Assembly: GCA_963727805.1 (NCBI GenBank)
Contig: CAVSHF010000005.1
Coordinates: 32,001-96,000 of the forward strand
Reading direction: 5' to 3'
Length of the DNA: 64,000 nucleotides
From: an uncultured Nitrospiraceae bacterium
GTDB taxonomy: Bacteria; Nitrospirota; Thermodesulfovibrionia; Thermodesulfovibrionales; Dissulfurispiraceae
Shown: one piece after another, positions 60,936 through 64,000 of the stretch
Layout of the letters: every line of letters starts with the position of its first letter
How positions within the stretch are numbered: position 1 is the first letter of the stretch
Position numbers and translations under genes: made by a program
The notes under the pieces: model-generated
Database searches by the model: none
The model's input: only the letters and a program-made list of their open reading frames with translations
What the model was told of the DNA's origin: nothing

Positions 60936-61301
60936 CTAAGGCTTTTGTTCGATATACTCTCCCGAGTCGACAAGTATAGAGTCGCGTAAGGGCTGAATGT
61001 GAAAATAGATCCACGCGTCAACGCTGCTTCCATCTTCGAGCTTTACGGGAACGAGCTCCCTTTTATTGATGCGCGGGTGCCCCTGGAAACGGTCGATTAA
61101 CATCAGCATCTCTTCAGTCACAGAGTAGACCTCGCCCTTAATCTTCGTTACCGGACGCTTGGTTACCACAGGTTTATTCTTGATGATGAAAAGTGCATAA
61201 TCTTCTACCGTGCCGGCACGCCCCAGTAAAGTAGCACCTGATATGAGCCCGTTATTACGGCCTCCCTGCCGAAGCGTCCCGTGAGCGAACAGATAATGCA
61301 T
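60936..61301 (-). CDS. Gamma-glutamylcyclotransferase family protein
   Basis: F.HGTLR.G..N, GEVY, AWIY. Confidence 0.8.
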   Translation of the reverse strand: MHYLFAHGTLRQGGRNNGLISGATLLGRAGTVEDYALFIIKNKPVVTKRPVTKIKGEVYSVTEEMLMLIDRFQGHPRINKRELVPVKLEDGSSVDAWIYFHIQPLRDSILVDSGEYIEQKP

Positions 61302-61328
61302 CTTTTATACCTCCCGAATTAAGGTTTT

Positions 61329-64000
61329 TCAGGTCTGCCCGTCGCACCACTCGCGGGCGTTCTGGAATATCCTGAGCCAAGGCGAAACGGAGAGAGTCCG
61401 GTGCATCTCCTCGGGCATCCATGCCCAGTTCCACTTCTGAGACGTCCTCTCAGGATGGGGCATGATGGCAAAGTGACGACCATCAGGTGAGCAGAGCGCG
61501 GCGATGCCCTTCGGGGAACCGTTAGGATTGAAGGGGTAGACCTCGGTCGCAACACCTGTATCATCCACAAAGCGCACCGGGGCAAGACCTTTGGCCAAAA
61601 CGTCATTCAAGATGACCTTATCGGGGAAATGGGCGTGCCCCTCGCCATGGGCGACCCAGACTCCCAGCACAGAACCTTCCATCCCCTTGAGCATAATGGC
61701 CGGGCTCTTGTCGATACGTACAGTTGCAAAGCGCGACTCGAACCGCCCCGATAGATTATGAATGAAACGTGGTTGCAACTCGCTGGCTATACCGCGCCAC
61801 GGCACCCATCCCAGAAGGGCCATAAGCTGGCAACCATTGCAGATACCAATGCTGAAGGTATCGGGACGATCATAAAAGGCCTCGAACTGTCGGGCAAGAT
61901 TAGAATGAAAGAGTACCGTAGCTGCCCAGCCCTTGGCAGAATCCATGACATCGGCGTAGCTGAATCCTCCCACCATTGCAAGGCCCTTGAACCGTTCAAG
62001 GGTTATCTTTCTGGCCAACAGGTCTGACATTGTCACATCATAGGGGTCAAAGCCGGCATGATGAAAAACAGCTGCCATCTCGCGGTCGCTGTTACTTCCC
62101 TCTTCGCGCAGAATGGCTACGAGCGGCTTTGATGCGCGCGTCAGAATAAGTTCCGGTGTCGGCGCAGCATCGAAGGTAACGGCAAACGCAGGACCGGGCC
62201 TGTCGTAAATAGCAGCCTTCTCCTGTATGACACAGTCGGGGTTCGCCTGAAGGAGATCTAGGCGATGGCTCGTTTCTTCCCAGAGGGCCCTGAGTTCGGG
62301 CATATCAGCATCGAGAACCGTTTCCGTAGCTATCTTTATCACGATCCGCTTCCCGACAGTCGCTGCGCCGATGAGGGTAATGGGAACATTAAACTCTTTA
62401 AACAGGGCAAGGACCCGATTTTCGGCGTCGGCAGGATACTCAGCGATGAGGCCAAGCTCTTCGGCGAAAAGGATCGAAAGAGCATCGAGGCCCGATCTGG
62501 CGGGCAGGTGCACATCGAGGCCGCAGTTGCCAGCAAAGGCCATCTCGAGAAGAGTAGTGATAAGGCCGCCATCGCTCCGGTCGTGTCCCGCAAGGATCGT
62601 CCCATTGCCGATGAGTTCCTGCATCGCGCTAAAGGCACGCTTAAGAAACGCCGAATCAATCACGTCGGGGCAAGAGTTGCCGATCTGTCCGAAACATTGG
62701 GCTAATGCTGAGCCGCCAAGACGGTAGAACCCTGCGCCGAGATCGACATAAAGTAGTCTGCTGGAGCCAGGCCGCTTGATGTCCGGGGTTACCACTTGGG
62801 TGATATCGGGGCAGGTGGCATAGGCGGAGACAACCAGCGTCCCCGGAGACTTAATCACTTCATGTTCACCCGAAGGATGGGTAACGCGCGCCGCCATAGA
62901 AAGGCTGTCCTTGCCACCGTCCACGGCAATACTCAGTTCGCTCATCAACTCGCTCATTGCAATGGCAGCATCGTAAAGCCTTGCCCCCTCCCCCGGAAGC
63001 TTAGGTGCCCACATCCAATTGGCAGAGCAGCGAATATCTTCGATGGCACTAATCCTCGCCCAGATTATATTAGTAAGCGCCTCGCCCACACTCATCCGCG
63101 CCATGGCAGCGGGATCGATGAGACCCTTGATGGGCTGCTCGCCGATAGCGATAGCCGCACCGGTGAGTCCGAGATGACTCTGAGCAATCACAGCAACATC
63201 GGATACCGTAAGCTGTAGTGGCCCCGCACACTGCTGCCGGGCGATGAGCCCTGTTACTGAACGGTCCACCTTGTTCGTAAGAAAGCGTTTCGAACCGACG
63301 GACACTAGCCTGAGTACCCTTTCAAGTGCTTTGCGCACAGTGAGGTCCCGCGGCAGTTCGAGCGGCTTGCTCCTCAGGGGCTTCCGTGTCAGATCAAATG
63401 TCTTCTGAGGCATGTCGCCCAAGACCTTTTCGAGATCGAGGTTTACCGGAGTCTCTATTCCCCCCTCGGCCTTCACATCGAACAAGATAATGCGACCATC
63501 ACCGATGATATCGCCGATCACCGCACAGGGCACCTTCTCCCGTTCGCACAGGTCGCGGAAGAGAAGCTCCTTGTCTTTATAGATAAGCAGGGCATCCTGC
63601 TCCTGATACTCAGCACCCCATATCTCGACCACCGAAAGTGTAGTGTCGCCGAGCTGGATGGCACGAAGATCGATCTTCGCACCGGCAGGATAGATTATCT
63701 CTTTTACAACATTGCAGTTGCCGCCGGCACCCTGATCATGAATACTCCTGATGGGGTTTGCATCGCCGAGTTCAACGCAGGCGCGGATGACACGGTTGAC
63801 TTTCTGCTCCATCTCGGCATCGCCACGCTGGACTGCATTGAAATCGAGCTCCTCCACATTTTCGCCCTGAATCATACTGGAGGCCGCTCCCCCACCCATT
63901 CCGATGCGATAAGCGGGGCCGCCGACTTTTATGACCACCATTCCGCGCCGGGGCACTTCCTTTTCGATATGGCGGGCATCTATCTGGCCCACGCCGCCGG
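61329..64000 (-). CDS. purL: Phosphoribosylformylglycinamidine synthase (large fused type), 5'-partial
   Basis: IHDQGAGG, FLTNKVDRSVTG, GGKDSLSM, GICNGCQ, MPHPER. Confidence 0.97.
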   Translation of the reverse strand, partial: GGVGQIDARHIEKEVPRRGMVVIKVGGPAYRIGMGGGAASSMIQGENVEELDFNAVQRGDAEMEQKVNRVIRACVELGDANPIRSIHDQGAGGNCNVVKEIIYPAGAKIDLRAIQLGDTTLSVVEIWGAEYQEQDALLIYKDKELLFRDLCEREKVPCAVIGDIIGDGRIILFDVKAEGGIETPVNLDLEKVLGDMPQKTFDLTRKPLRSKPLELPRDLTVRKALERVLRLVSVGSKRFLTNKVDRSVTGLIARQQCAGPLQLTVSDVAVIAQSHLGLTGAAIAIGEQPIKGLIDPAAMARMSVGEALTNIIWARISAIEDIRCSANWMWAPKLPGEGARLYDAAIAMSELMSELSIAVDGGKDSLSMAARVTHPSGEHEVIKSPGTLVVSAYATCPDITQVVTPDIKRPGSSRLLYVDLGAGFYRLGGSALAQCFGQIGNSCPDVIDSAFLKRAFSAMQELIGNGTILAGHDRSDGGLITTLLEMAFAGNCGLDVHLPARSGLDALSILFAEELGLIAEYPADAENRVLALFKEFNVPITLIGAATVGKRIVIKIATETVLDADMPELRALWEETSHRLDLLQANPDCVIQEKAAIYDRPGPAFAVTFDAAPTPELILTRASKPLVAILREEGSNSDREMAAVFHHAGFDPYDVTMSDLLARKITLERFKGLAMVGGFSYADVMDSAKGWAATVLFHSNLARQFEAFYDRPDTFSIGICNGCQLMALLGWVPWRGIASELQPRFIHNLSGRFESRFATVRIDKSPAIMLKGMEGSVLGVWVAHGEGHAHFPDKVILNDVLAKGLAPVRFVDDTGVATEVYPFNPNGSPKGIAALCSPDGRHFAIMPHPERTSQKWNWAWMPEEMHRTLSVSPWLRIFQNAREWCDGQT

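Overview
Bacterial chromosomal window in two parts. (1) About 1-42 kb is an accessory region. It is punctuated by at least 17 co-oriented copies of a fixed-length ~59-bp site (CTACTTAWAAT-N33-TTWCDWCCGGWAATC, with an imperfect hairpin in the spacer). These sites separate 0.5-4 kb units that each carry one to three unrelated genes, often with shared promoter-like leaders and degenerate attC sites. Five sites are interrupted by mobile elements: two identical ORF-less group II introns, two IS110/IS1111 elements and one IS1380. The region also holds an RT-encoding class D group II intron, two IS1182 copies inserted in IS200/IS605 hairpins, an IS630, two further IS1111 elements, hicAB and a secreted Cys-rich metallothionein-like/YtkA protein. 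It ends in three tRNA-Ala(GGC) 3'-half att remnants with a decayed tyrosine integrase. No intact recombinase that could act on the 59-bp sites is visible in the window. (2) About 42-64 kb is more ordinary: a decayed IS21, a lytic transglycosylase, a USP, a partly inactivated chromate-resistance cluster, DUF748/DUF4197, and purL running off the right edge. All calls come from reading the sequence and recognising motifs; no searches were run.
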